Assembly: GCA_965649825.1 (NCBI GenBank)
Contig: OZ287703.1
Coordinates: forward strand, 1 to 64,000
Direction: 5' to 3'
From: Penicillus capitatus
Taxonomy: Eukaryota > Plantae > Chlorophyta
Length of the DNA: 64,000 bases
Positions within the stretch are counted from its first letter, which is position 1. Each line of letters starts with the position of its first letter. Shown here piece by piece: positions 48,711-61,178 of this stretch. The notes below the pieces were generated by a model. That model did no database searches, was not told the DNA's origin, and worked only from the letters and a program-made list of their open reading frames with translations. The translations under genes and the position numbers were made by a program.

Positions 48711-50324
48711 TCAGGTCGAGGCAGCCCGAGGGACTACGTCCAACCAGATACCCCCGATGGCTTCTGTGCTGAGACCTGACCTCGTCTTGCTGGTCAACTC
48801 GCCGAGCGGTTTCTTGAGTCCGAATCGGTAGCGCGTCATCAGGCGGATGATCGCCATGCGCATCTCGAGCATGGCTAACTTCTGTCCGGCGCAGTCCCTT
48901 GGGCCATAGGAGAAAGGAAAGTAGCGTTTCTTCGACGTGTCTTCCCCGCTCAGCCATCTTTCCGGCCTGAAAGCCTGGTGGTCCTCCCAGTCCTCGTCAG
49001 CTCCAATCCAACGGTTGCCTGGAATTCGTAGACGTGTGCCCTTAGGGACGCGGTAGCCCATGATCACCGTGTCTTCGACGACCACACGATTTATGTGCAG
49101 CAGAACGACATGGGCGATCCGCATCCCTTCCTTGATGACGGCGTTCAGATAGGACAGCTTTCCGAGAACCTCAAAGTCTACATCCACGGAAGGCGAATCG
49201 CACAATCCGTTTTCTCGCAGCTCCTCCAACAGTTTGTCAGTAACGCGATCGTGCGCTGCCAGATAGGCGAGTATCCATGCCAGCTGATGCCCAGTTGTGT
49301 GCATGCCTGCCATGATTATCGTCCCGATCTCGCTGATCATCTCCTTGTCGGTCAGCAGCGCACCCGTGTCGGGATCGATCGTGTTCCGCAGCGTGTACCA
49401 CATCGGTTCGTCTCCGTCGACGGGGTCTTCCTTCTCCCTCACGGCCTCCACCAGCTTCTTCCACTCATCGGACAGGCGGTTGATCGTCGCACGCCGATGC
49501 TTTGCGCCTTCGGAGTGCGGAAAGAGCTTGTAGTACATTCGCTTCAACGGATCCGCAACAGCATTCGACATAACGTGACCGACGTCTATCATTGCTTCCT
49601 GGAGGTGTCTGCTGCCGTCCAGTCCGCCGAGATTGATGTCCAAGGCGACCGCTCCGATGGCGTCGAGCGTCAGCTTGACACACAGCTCTTGGAGATCGAC
49701 AGCACCGTCCCTGCGCCTCTTCTCGATGACGTCGATCATGCCTTCCAAGGCAGTGTCTATCTTGGGAATCGCCGTCTTGAGACGGCTTGTCTGCATGGCG
49801 GACGCGTAGACGGCTCGAATGGCTTTGGTATAGGGCGTGATGTGCTGAAACATCAGCATGGACTTGGCTGTGGGGTCGTTGCCGATCATCTGAACACCAC
49901 GACAGGGAATGGACTGCATACTGCACGAGAAACTTACCGGAAGGAAGAAACGGTCAGTGGGTGACCTCACCAGAGCTTTCGTCCTCGACAACACGAACCC
50001 TTTGATGCACTCGACGTCGCGAATGTGAAGCTGTGTGCTGCCTAGGAGGTCGACCTAAAGATAGGCATGCCGTTCTCGGTTATAAGAGTGCGAAGACGCG
50101 TTCCATACGCGCATGATTTGTGGATTGCCGACTTCTGCCAGCCAGCGTGCATAGAGAGAGTTTTGATCGATGCCTTGGCGGTGAACGTCTATGACTTCAA
50201 ACACCTTTCCAAAATACGGCCAAGCAGAAGGCGAGGGGATCTTGTGCAGATCGTATCGCCATCTTCTCCACAGTGTGCGGCTGAGTAGCAGCGCGAGAAG
50301 ACTAAGCAGCAGTTCGACGAACAT
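48711..50324 (-). CDS. Cytochrome P450 (three exons)
   Basis: Hydrophobic N-terminal anchor, I-helix AGMHTT, ExxR (EGMR), FRPERW and heme motif FSYGPRDCAG; introns at ~50108-50055 and a ~48-nt intron near 49936-49889. Confidence 0.92.
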
Positions 50325-50476
50325 AGTGACACTACGTTACAGGAGAGAGACGCTTAACGCCAAACGCGGGTCAATGCGGGTCGCTTTCACGATGTGACCC
50401 GGGACCTATCGCGCGACACAGCCCCTGAATTTTTCGAGTCATTGCAGGTAACTCGCTCATCCACGGCAGTGACGTC

Positions 50477-50800
50477 GTGGTGAATAGACATCTCGTGCCT
50501 CATCTACGGCGATTCGAGAAAGTGAACCACCACTGTCTGCTACTTTCCGTGATGCCTCTAGATTTCGCCAGCCTTGTGCCGTGCGTTCAGTCTATGAGAC
50601 ACCTTCGGTCATTCTCCCTCGGAATTGGATGCAAGGAGACGGTGCACGAAGCAATGTGTGGTGTGAAATGTCTAAAGAAGCTGGTGTGCCGGAAGTCCGT
50701 CTGATCTGTGTGTGACCTCTATATCGAAACGGAGCCTGCCACCGAGCTACGAGATCTCAGAGAACTGTACGTGCCTCAAAGCTGTTTTCTGAGCGTCAAG
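50477..50800 (+). pseudogene. Degenerate LRR fragment
   Basis: MRHLRSFSLGI and ETEPATELRDLRELYV resemble the family's QTDLEPVTELRGL region; broken frames and no F-box. Confidence 0.35.
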
Positions 50801-51239
50801 GCGCACGCTGCGTTGTTCGGAGCATTTCCACGCCTTCATCGTCTTCTTTAGCACAACCAACAGAAGACCTGTGAACGTGCAGCACCTTTGCTCACGCAGA
50901 GGGACAAGCAAACCTCCCATCTTTTGACCGAAATCGCGTCGGACATTTCGCCTCCGATCGCGAGATTTCGACCCGGTCGTCGCTTCTCTATGAAGCGTTC
51001 GACATCCATCGCACAAGAGCGTGACACGACTAAACAGTTTAGACATAGAATCCTTTCGCCTACTTGCCGTTGTTCTTTGGACATGGTCATTTTCCATTCC
51101 TGTGACGGTTTCCTTGCCCGGAGAGGGATGAATGGATGTTCAAGTGGTCGGCGACGGTGTCCTGGTGTGTGGTGCGTCGCCAGTGGAGAAACGCCCGAAC
51201 TGCGTCTCAGTCTCGACGGCAATGTGTTCCACAGGCCTC

Positions 51240-54200
51240 GGGTGTTCTCGGTAAGAGAGTCGACAGGAAACAGAGCGACGATATCGGATATCGAGTCACA
51301 TCCGGTGCGAAATTCCGATTCGGACCGCGTAAAGCAGAAGGAATACATTTCGCTGTTACGGATCGAATCGACAGCGATTTTTCCGACAGTCCGTCACGTT
51401 TCCGTTTCGAATTCGTCGGCAAACCCTATCGACTCAAAGATGAGGTTCGCACACTCAGTCGAAAACGCAGAATGCTTACAGCGACATGTTCAGTGGCATT
51501 TCAGATGCTCCTGTGGATACAGGCGACAGCTTAGTGAGCGGCGCGGACTCGGCCACGGCGCGTGAGAAGACGCTGGGGGCTCTTCTCGAACAGGATCATA
51601 TCCTGTTCAAGGTGCTCGTTTGCGTCATGGAAGACGGCCTTCATGAGTGCCGTCGTGTCTGCCGTCGCTGGCGCGATGTTTGTGGGAAGTTGCCAGTCAA
51701 GCTGGGAGGTTCGCACCCAGACAAGCTGGATAAACTGGTGGACTTGTTCCCGAACGCCACATCGTTGAGTTTAGGAAGTCCAGATGACAATAACAACATC
51801 GTGGGAAGACAGGCGATTCAACACTTGTCGCGCTTGAAGCATCTGCAGAATCTGGATTTGTCCATCGAATCCACGACGGCAGATGTGATCAGCCTCGTGA
51901 CATTGCTGCCATCGACCGATGTTTTACGCTCGTTCGAGGTATTCGTCGACCAAAAAGACAAGTTCAACGACGTCGTGCATGTGTTGCGTATCGTGACGAA
52001 TCTGGAGACATTGATTCTCTATGCTTCTGGTTTCGTCCAGACGGACCTGGAGCCTGTGACTGAGCTTCGAGGCCTCGGATGCTTGATTACAGAATTTTCA
52101 CTGATCGTTAACAGCAGTGGAGAACTGTTATTCCCCTCGTTGACAAAGCTGACGCGCCTCGAGCTTTTTAACAACATCCATGAACACGAACTGAACACTT
52201 CCGACATCCTGAAGGTATGCAAACTCCGAAAACGCGTCTCGTATTTCAAAACGTCAGTTGTTCTAGTCTATCCTTCCCTATGCGCAAACACTGCAGTCGC
52301 TTATGGTCGATTTTCCCGCTGACTGTCAGGGATTGTGGTCCGATGAAGAGCATCTGTTGAAGGCGTTTCTGATGTTACGCAGTCTGTCCATCAAATCCTA
52401 CGACCAACCGGACAACAGCTTTCTCGACGCATTGAAGGAAATGCATCATCTGACAGAACTGGAGTTGCCCATCCAAGACGAGGGATTTCTTGAGGCTTTA
52501 GCCGCGTCCGCGTCCCCACTCACTGGACTCGGATCCCTCACTCTTTCTGGAAGTGGTATGTGGTTCATTCCACCAGTCGATGAACGACACCTTAAATCCC
52601 TGAAGCATCTCACGGAGTTCAGTATGGTGCATTATCCAGTCGGCCGAAGCTTTCCGACTGGACTTCGATCGCTTGATTTGATATTTCGTGATTGCCCCCC
52701 GGTAGACTTCGCTGAAGTATTGGTAACCATGACAAATCTGACGTCGCTGGATATCCAGATTCCTCACTATCGCCAAGAGCTGAATCTTTTTCACAGTGAC
52801 GGTGTGACACCAGCTCAGTTTTCTGGAAAACTCGCGAAACTGAAGCGTCTGTCGATACGGCATGTGGCCGTCGACGACTCATTTCTCGACGCTGTGGGTA
52901 TGCTGACTCAGCTGACGTCGCTTTTTTTCGAAAACTACATAACATCTGTCGACCCATACGTACTATATCCCCAGTTGAGTAATCTCACTGAACTGATCGA
53001 GCTGAATATTTTCTGTCTTGCATTGCCACCTACCCGCAATAACGAATTCCCGCAGTTGTGCTTGCCAAAGCTCAGGAAACTAGATTTCTCTCTCAGTAGC
53101 ATTGATGCCAATGTGTGCAGAGCGATGTGGAAGACCCTTCCCTGCCTTCGCAAAATGTCACTTCTCGGGAAGACCTTGGAACTTTGAACGAGGTGCTAGC
53201 TTTACAGTTGTCGCACCTTAACGAGCGATGTGTTCTAGAGAGTAAGTGAGATCGTCTTACCAGTTTTCCTGCCGAACGCGACACAGACAAGAGCAATCGA
53301 CAAACCGAATGACAGCATCGAAGATCATTAGGCACATCTGAGTTGCCCCATAAGATCTTCTGGACGATACACCTGTTTGGAATGTAGACCTTCTCCAGTT
53401 ATTGCGTATACAATCATTCAATGCTGTTATCGTATGATTCGTATTCAGCTATCGGCCTTAGTGCAAATTAGAACGACAGTTGTTTTGTGTAACGATGTCT
53501 TGACAGATTCTCAACGATCCAGTCACGTCACCGCTGCGATGCGCGAGAGTTTGACTCACTCCATCGGCCATCGACGAATCAAACATGTAGGAGGAGCACT
53601 GCAATCCTGACGACAAGGTTACTGTAAAGGCAGACCCAGTAAGCCGCACGCAATTCGTTGGCGATACAAGATTGCGGAGATGTGGACGCGTGCATGTGTC
53701 GCGCACTCCACTGCTTGACGCGACGTTCATATCCAATACTTCGATCGTCGTCTTGGATAACGAAGAAGCACTTTGCGTTCTGCGCGTTGTCGTTCAGAGG
53801 TGGCCAGTCGTCGAAGCTTGCAGCAACAGACTGCTTCAACCTTGCGTGCCGAGCACTCCAATGTCAGCGATTCCAATTCGACAGTAGACGATACCGAGCG
53901 ACATGGATTTACTTCTCTGAAAACTGACGATCGCGAAGCGCGTCGTGTATGTTCAAGTTTCTCGAGATTCGCTCTTGAGTGACGACATCACGTTTTGAGA
54001 GTCAAGGAAATGGAACGTCGGTGAAGCTGAATGTTCCTTCACTTGTGCTGTATACCTTTGGTAACAGATTGCTTTGGGGGTTGCGATCAAACATCTTCAC
54101 ATAGCAACACTCCGTCGAGACGACAGCAAATGTTGCTTTGTGATTTGCGCTCTGTTTGAAATCATGAAATTCGCTCTATAAAGCGGAAGTATAGCGTAGC

Positions 54201-57000
54201 GAGAAACGGCGGAACTCTCACTGTATTGCATGTTTTCCTCTAAAATCGTAGATGACGGAATACGGGAACTCCATTCGACTCAATGACACAACAGAGGTCG
54301 TCTGGCCAGGGTCGACAAGCGAAGTTGCGGACTCGCGTGGTCGACTTGTCACAACTTTCTGGCGCCGGAGATGTGAAAATACATCGTTATGCTTTTGTTT
54401 TCAAAACACGTCGCAACTGTGGTTTGACGGACGGATGAATGATCGCTCTTGCGGCAGTGTCATCCGAGAAGAGCACTCGATGCGCATTGTGTCAGGGAGC
54501 ACAAACACCACGTGCATGACAGTCACTCGTTTGCCAGGCCTTCTAAGGAGGATCGTAGCCATCGATGAAGGCTTCATCGTTTTGGCAGTAGCCGGCAGCG
54601 CTCAGCTGCGAGAAGACTGAACCACAGACGAGGGATTCCACGTGCGTTGGTCTACTGCACGTCAACGCAAACAGTGTCGGTAGAGCAGTCGAAGAGAGAA
54701 GACGCGTTGGCGCGACGCTCGGCGAGATTCACTAACCCCCTTTGTTGATTCAATACCGTCCAGATTCGCACAACCCGAAAGACTGAACTTCTTCCAGAAA
54801 TCTGCCACCCCATTAAGACTTATAAACGAAAGAGGAACGCTAGTGAATGGCACAGTGCGTTCCCTTAGGTGCGGATGCACCGAGACTCCTCACACAAGGA
54901 GGATCTGTCGAAAAATGTAAATGATGCATAACCCAATGTGTTTGTTACCACTGACACAAAAAACAGATTCAATAATGTTTATGCTTATGACAATGTCCAA
55001 CAGAATGGCGGAGTTTCATTAACACTTTTTAACTCTGCTAGACAAATAAGCAGTGTACCATGCAGAGTGTCGTTGTACGAGACTTTTCAGAAAAGAACGA
55101 TACTGTAGATCTGAGTAATGGTTGGATCCAAGGTGCATCAGATCTTCAACAGGTCAATAAGGCTGGCGCGAGTATCATCGGTACACTCGATGTCCGTGTA
55201 AGGAACGCTGACAGCGTTGCAGACGAGGTCGACAGGCAAATCTCCATTATTGTCAGCAATCGACTTTGATGCCCCAGCGTTGATGAGATCCTGAAAAGAG
55301 ATTTAGGTGCCAAAACGAAACATGACGACTCACTGTCGCGATTTCCAGTTTTCCGAAATACGATGCTGCATGAAGCGGTGTATATCCGTCGGTGCTTAGA
55401 GCGTTGACAGCCGCCCCCGCTGCCAGGAGAGCCTAAAAGCAATGGATCTAGTGGACGCACAATGGCGTCCAATGTTCACCTCAACGGTTTCCCGATGTCC
55501 GCATTGGACTGCCATGTGAAGTGGCCTGGCTCCCCCAAGCCCCGCAGCTTCAGCTTCAATATTCGCCCCCGCTGCCAGGAGAGCCTAAAAGCAAGCTGTC
55601 TAGTGGACGAAGAAAAGTATCTAATGCTTACTTGAACGACTTCTGTGTGTCCTTTTACGGCGGCAAGGTAAAGTGGTGTCTCTTCGTAAATAGTTACAGC
55701 GTCGACACTCGCTTTGGCCGACAAGAGAGCCTAGACGCGATGGAGCTACTGGACGTACATTGGCGTTCGGTGCTCACCTGGACGATCTCTACGTGTCCGT
55801 GTTCGGCGGCATGATGAAGCGGTGTCTCTTCGTCGATATCTACAGCGTCGACACTCGCTTTGGCCGACAAGAGAGCCTAGACGCGAGCGATCTAGTGGAC
55901 GTACATTGGCGTTCGGTGCTCACCTGGACGATCTCTACGTGTCCGTGTTCGGCGGCATGATGAAGCGGTGTGTAATCATTTGGGCCTAAGACGTCGATGC
56001 CTGCTCCGGCCGACAAGAGAGCCTAGAAGCGAGCGATCTAGTGGACGTACATTGGCGTTCGGTGCTCACCTGGACGATCTCTACGTGTCCGTGTTCGGCG
56101 GCATAATGAAGCGGTGTGTAACCATATCTGTTTAAGCCGTCGACTTTCGCCCCGGCTGCCAGAAGAGCCTAAGAAGCGAACCGTCTAATGGACGCAGAAG
56201 AAGCGTTCGGTGCTCACCTGAACGACTTCTGTGTGTCCTTTTTTGGCGGAAAAGTGAAGTGGTGTGGAGTCGTAGTAACCTACGGCGTCGACACTCGCTC
56301 CGGCCGACAAGAGAGCCTAGAAGCGAGCGATCTAGTGGACGTACATTGGCGTTCGGTGCTCACCTGGACGATCTCTACGTGTCCGTGTTCGGCGGCATAG
56401 TGAAGGGCTGTGTATACTTGGAAGCTTAAGGCGTCGACACTAGCCCCGGCTGCCAAAAGAGCCTAGAAGCGAGCGAACTAGTGGACGCACAATGGCGTTC
56501 GGTGCTCACCCGGACGAGCTTTACGTCTCCGTGTTCGGCGGCATAATGAAGCGGTGTGTATTCATGCCGGCGGTCACCGTCGACTTTCGCCCCGGCTGCC
56601 AAAAGAACCTAGAAGCGAACCGTCTAATGGACGTAAAACCGCGTCCAAAGCTCGCCTGAACAATCTCCAGATGTCCGTTTGCGGCTGCTAAGTAAAGCGG
56701 TGTTAATCCTCGACCGGCAATAGTATCGACAATCGCCCCGGCCGACAGGAGAGCCTGAACGCGACTAAGTGAGTGGACGTACTATAACGTTCGGTCCTTG
56801 CCTGGACGACATCTGTATGTCCTCCTTGGGCGGCAAAGTGAAGCGGCCTCCATCCGTATTCGTTTCTGGCGTTAACATTCGCCCCGGCTGCCAGAAGAAC
56901 CTAGAAGCGAGCGGTCTAGTGGACGCAGGAAACGCGTCCAATGCTCACCTGGACGATCTCTACGTGTCCGTGTTCGGCGGCATATTGAAGTGGTGTCCGG
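51240..57000 (-). repeat. Inverted segmental duplicate of ~1-10850 (without Gypsy-1)
   Basis: FBL7/FBL1, the spacer and the ANK6/ANK1 cassettes are collinear in reverse orientation. Confidence 0.85.
51486..53187 (+). CDS. FBL7: F-box/LRR protein, uninterrupted paralogue of FBL1
   Basis: ORFs 51486-52322 and 52303-53187 joined by a ~52-nt intron near 52215-52266. The start codon is uncertain because the family-like MRFAHS start just upstream is in another frame. Confidence 0.8.
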
Positions 57001-57614
57001 TTTCCGGAGGTTACAGCATCGACATTCGCTCCGGCTGCCAAGAGATCCTACATACACAGACAATACTGGTTGAGTAATTGCAGAACGTGTCTGTGTAGTG
57101 TTAACCTTGACCTCCTCAGTTCGTCCGTCGCGCGCTGCCTCGTGAAGTGGTGTCAATTGGTTGACTGAGGGATTCTCGACGTTTTCCTTGTCATCAGTAA
57201 GACACTGTCATGGGACACAAGTGTCACAACAGCGTTCGTGGTACAACAACCGTACCGCAGTATTCGTTTCTGCAGAGTCGCGCGAGGCAGCGAATCCGCC
57301 GTTCTCGGCGGAACGAGACAGTTCTGCCGCACTGGGCACAGTGGAGCGTCCACCATGCAGCGAGTCTTCCGCCTTCTAGGGCACGAGGCAGTCACAGCGC
57401 GTCGCCGCATTCGGCATGACAAGCGAAGCTCACCGTGATTTCGCGCTCGACGAACGCGTTGGATATGGCCTCTGGACGACCACTCTCTGCCAAAGCACGA
57501 CAAAGAGTCAGCTGCGAAGAAATCCATGTTGAGCCGACCGTGACTACCGACCGACAGATGCGGTCCGTAGATCAACAGACACAACGAAACGAAGAGAAGA
57601 TCGAGTTTTGTCAT
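55138..57614 (-). CDS. ANK6: predicted secreted ankyrin cassette protein (12 cassettes)
   Basis: Exon 1 [25 protein letters not shown]; 5' exons nearly identical to ANK4; 12 cassettes (one of 105 nt), several homologous to ANK1; C-cap ...[13 protein letters not shown]. Confidence 0.88.
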
Positions 57615-60600
57615 CTTCCGAGTGCGGCGCGCTGACAGACGGTAGAAGAGTCCAGTGCTGGCTGCAGTCGAAACGTGAAATGGACGAATGGACGGTGCGA
57701 CTGGCCTTTTATGCATGCGTATCGTACCCAGATGGACCCACCGACTGCAAAAGGCCATTACGTAACTGCATCGTGAGACATGTCTGTGCCACACGATGCG
57801 TCTTCGCCTGCCAGCCACCTGTCATCTGCATCCTCTGCTGTGCTGTGTTAGGGTTCTTGCCCTGACAGTCTGCAATGATGATAACAGGTCCATGCGCGCA
57901 CGATTCAAGTCCTGGAGTCAACCCGATTCATCTGATAAGCATTCTTGACTTCGTGAAGAACACAAGACACTGGAGGTCAGTCAATTTCTCGCTCAGTAAG
58001 CGAGGCAACGCATTACGGTGATGAGAGATTCCGATGTCCTCTGTCCGTCGAGCGCAGATCAGACAAGAGATCCAAAGAGTCCCTTACACAGACTAAACGA
58101 TGTTGCAAAGGGAAGAGTGTTTCTGCTCACAAAACTGACTCCTCTGTTTTCCATGCACTAGATTCTGGGCCATTTCAAAACAACACAGCGCCAAATGCCT
58201 GCCATCGTTAGAATTCTCGGCATTGATGCGGTGAGCAGAAACTCGCATCAGCTCAAAATTCCACAAATAAAAGAAGAGATGAGATGACGAAGGCCTGGAG
58301 GAGTGCAACTTGGCAAAGGCAATCAGGCTCGGCAAGTTCTGTCCTTAAGACAGCAGGGTGATAACTAGGAAAGAGCTTCCCAGGAAGGAACCAAACGCAA
58401 AACTAGCTTGCAGTTGCGAAGAGCCGAACACGACGCTGCATCCATCCAAACCAGATACCTCCCTCACACAAAAGAGTGAGAAGATGTGCCAGGTGGTCAG
58501 TAAACGGGAGAAACAAACTGATATCCGCGTCGACGTCACATCACAGTAGGCGAATGTATGGTCACGGAGCTCGCTACGCAACTCTGTCTACCTTTGCTCC
58601 TTATCCTCATCATTCGTTCTCGCATTGAATTGCCGAAACCTCCCGTTCCGAAACACCAGACGACGCATGCACACCGTCGGTGCACTTCTTCGAGACACGC
58701 ACTATCTTGATGACAGATTGGTCCATAAAACAGACATAGGGGCATGTTCGCTTGACCATCATTGTTTCAGTTCTTCGTGGCTTTATTTTCCAAGTCCGTT
58801 GTTTTGGGTAAAAGGGTATCTATCATCTTTTGTTCGCAGCACTGCAATTGTCAAGCGTCGCCGCGTCGATCCATACATTGCAGATGCATCCAACACGATA
58901 CTCGTACCAGCCGCCGCTGTACTGTGATCTCTTTCCGATTCGGCAACGTCTTTGCCGTTCCTTCAGAGCCAGAACCAGGGAAAAGGTCGGACGCTTCATC
59001 AAGTTCCAGTTTTTACACCATGCCGGTTGCGCCACTCAAATAGATTGGACTGATACTGGATGTCCAGACAGCCAATGTCGATGTCCTCAAGTAGTCGCGA
59101 GATGTAGCCAATACGCGTCGTCGCCAGACGATTCGGTCAAACCGATTGTGCGCTGGTAGGAGGAGGTTCATGTACTGCAACCGCGGCCACCACCCGTGGC
59201 AAGCGTGACACCTTTGCCACCGGTCGACATGCGTGAAGCAGACTCGACAATCCGTTCCCTCTTCTCGAATAAGATGGGTTCGACAAGCGGCAAAATGTCG
59301 AATTGTGTTGGTAGAGAGACAAGACGAACTTGGTTTAATCTGAGAGAGGAGGTTTCAGAATCATCCATCAGCAGTCGCGCTCCGGGAGTCCAGCTTCAGT
59401 TCTCGCCCTTCGCCACTCCGAGACTCAGTTCTCTCTAGCCGGCCGCTGTCATTTCATTGTTCACTCACGTCTGGCCGGTATGCTGAAGCTCTTATCAAGA
59501 CGATGGCTGAAGAGATCATCTCCGTCCAGTTTCCATGATCATCCTGTGAACGACGCATGTCTGAAGCTCTGGATACACCGTTGTCACTTCAATCAGACAC
59601 AACAAGCCTTGGGTTTGTTTGCGCAGCACATGCATTTCGCTTGTGTTCGTCACTTGGCTTACTGGAAAGGAAAGACGACTGAGAAATCCTCCTTCGGATG
59701 CAACGAAGTCATGTCATCGACAACGCGGCAGTCGAATCTAACGCACAGACAGACGGGTTGCCGTAGTGCGGCATTGGTCTTTTCAGTTCTCGCCGTCTCT
59801 AAGGGTCATCTCGTTTCTTGTCCCGCTGACCGTGTCCGTCTCGGAGATGGCCGCTGACGAGGGAATAGCAGACCTCCTGTCGCAGAGATACTTTCTGTCG
59901 AAGATTCTCGTTCACCTTGTCGACAGCGGACTCCACGAATGCCGTCGCGTCTGTCGCATGTGGTGCGAAGTTTGTAACCAGCTCCCCGTGAAACTCAAGC
60001 TCTCCTTGGATGACAACATACCTGCGTTCACAGACACATTTCCAAACTCCACGGTTTCGCTCGAGGTGGAGAAGGTAGCGGACGAAGATGGCGGCTTCGT
60101 GGAAACGTTGCTTGCGTCTAGTATGTCTTCGTTGAGGAACCTCAGACATCTCGGCATCGGGAGATCTGTACAGTGGCCTCTTCTCCTCAACCAACTTGAA
60201 CCAGGCTCAGAATCCTGGCCAGTATTAGTGTCATTGTCCGTTAGACTGACCAATCGTTTTACTTGTTCCGATTTTCTGGTCTTCTTGAAGTTCTTGACGG
60301 GGCTGACTGAGTTGAGAATTACAGGAGAACCAGGAGACGTTCAGGATACGAATCTCATCACCGAGATTCGGAATCTAAAATCCTTGACTGTCACTCTTCC
60401 TTTCCTTGCAAAGGAGAATGGGCAGTTGATCTTCGCAGCTTCAACACAGCTGACAAGACTCGACGTCCTATGCACACGTTACTCTATCCCGCTAAACTAC
60501 GAACTTGTTCACTTCGACGTTCCTCTGTTGCAGGTATCACCTTATCGTTCGAATTCTTGAGCCATTTCTAGTTTTTGTGTAGATCATGCGTCCGTACGCA

Positions 60601-61004
60601 TCGACATTGCATCATTTGACTGTAACAGGAGTGATCACTCGAAATCTGGAGCTTAAAGATGGGAAGAGTTTGGCAGCATTCTCCCATCTGAGGACGCTTC
60701 ATCTGAAGGACGTGAGCATCGGAGATACTTGTTTCTGCTCTGCACTTGGCGCCATGCCTTTGCTGGCCGATCTGTCCATCGTCAGAATGTCGTTCTTGAT
60801 TGACACACCGTCACCGACTTTCCACTGCTCGTTGACACGACTCACGTCGTTTGAGTTCCGACTGTTTCACTGGCGAGCCAACTTCGTGTGGCGCTGGATC
60901 GAGGCCGCCACTAATAGGTTCGTGCACTTAAGGAGGCTTTCTTTTGATTTTCGCATACCTGCGTACTTGTTGCCATTATCGGAGACGATGACGCATCTCA
61001 CTGT
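57080..61004 (-). repeat. Inverted segmental duplicate of ~29876-38350 (without Gypsy-2)
   Basis: ANK6/ANK4 5' exons, the intergenic region and FBL8/FBL5 are near-identical in reverse orientation. Confidence 0.88.
59847..61004 (+). pseudogene. FBL8: F-box/LRR gene interrupted by Gypsy-3 (paralogue of FBL5)
   Basis: MAADEGIADLLSQRYFLSKILVHLVDSGLHECRRVC... Identity to FBL5 stops abruptly at ...CATCTCACTGT (61004), where an LTR begins. Confidence 0.85.
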
Positions 61005-61178
61005 TGTGGAAATGAATGACTACAACTGACACAATCAAATGAATCATGTGTCATTATAAAAGGAGGAAGTCAAACAGTCTTTTAGAGATTAGTTCTCCCG
61101 ACTCTTCGTCTTGTTTTCCCGCGCCATCGACTGTCAACTTACATGGTTTCGGAGCGCACGGACAACGAATCCTTGGAG

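Noticed and set aside
61143-61178. Gag start at 61143
   Set aside because: This ATG spans the LTR end and the PBS; 61179 is the first plausible start.
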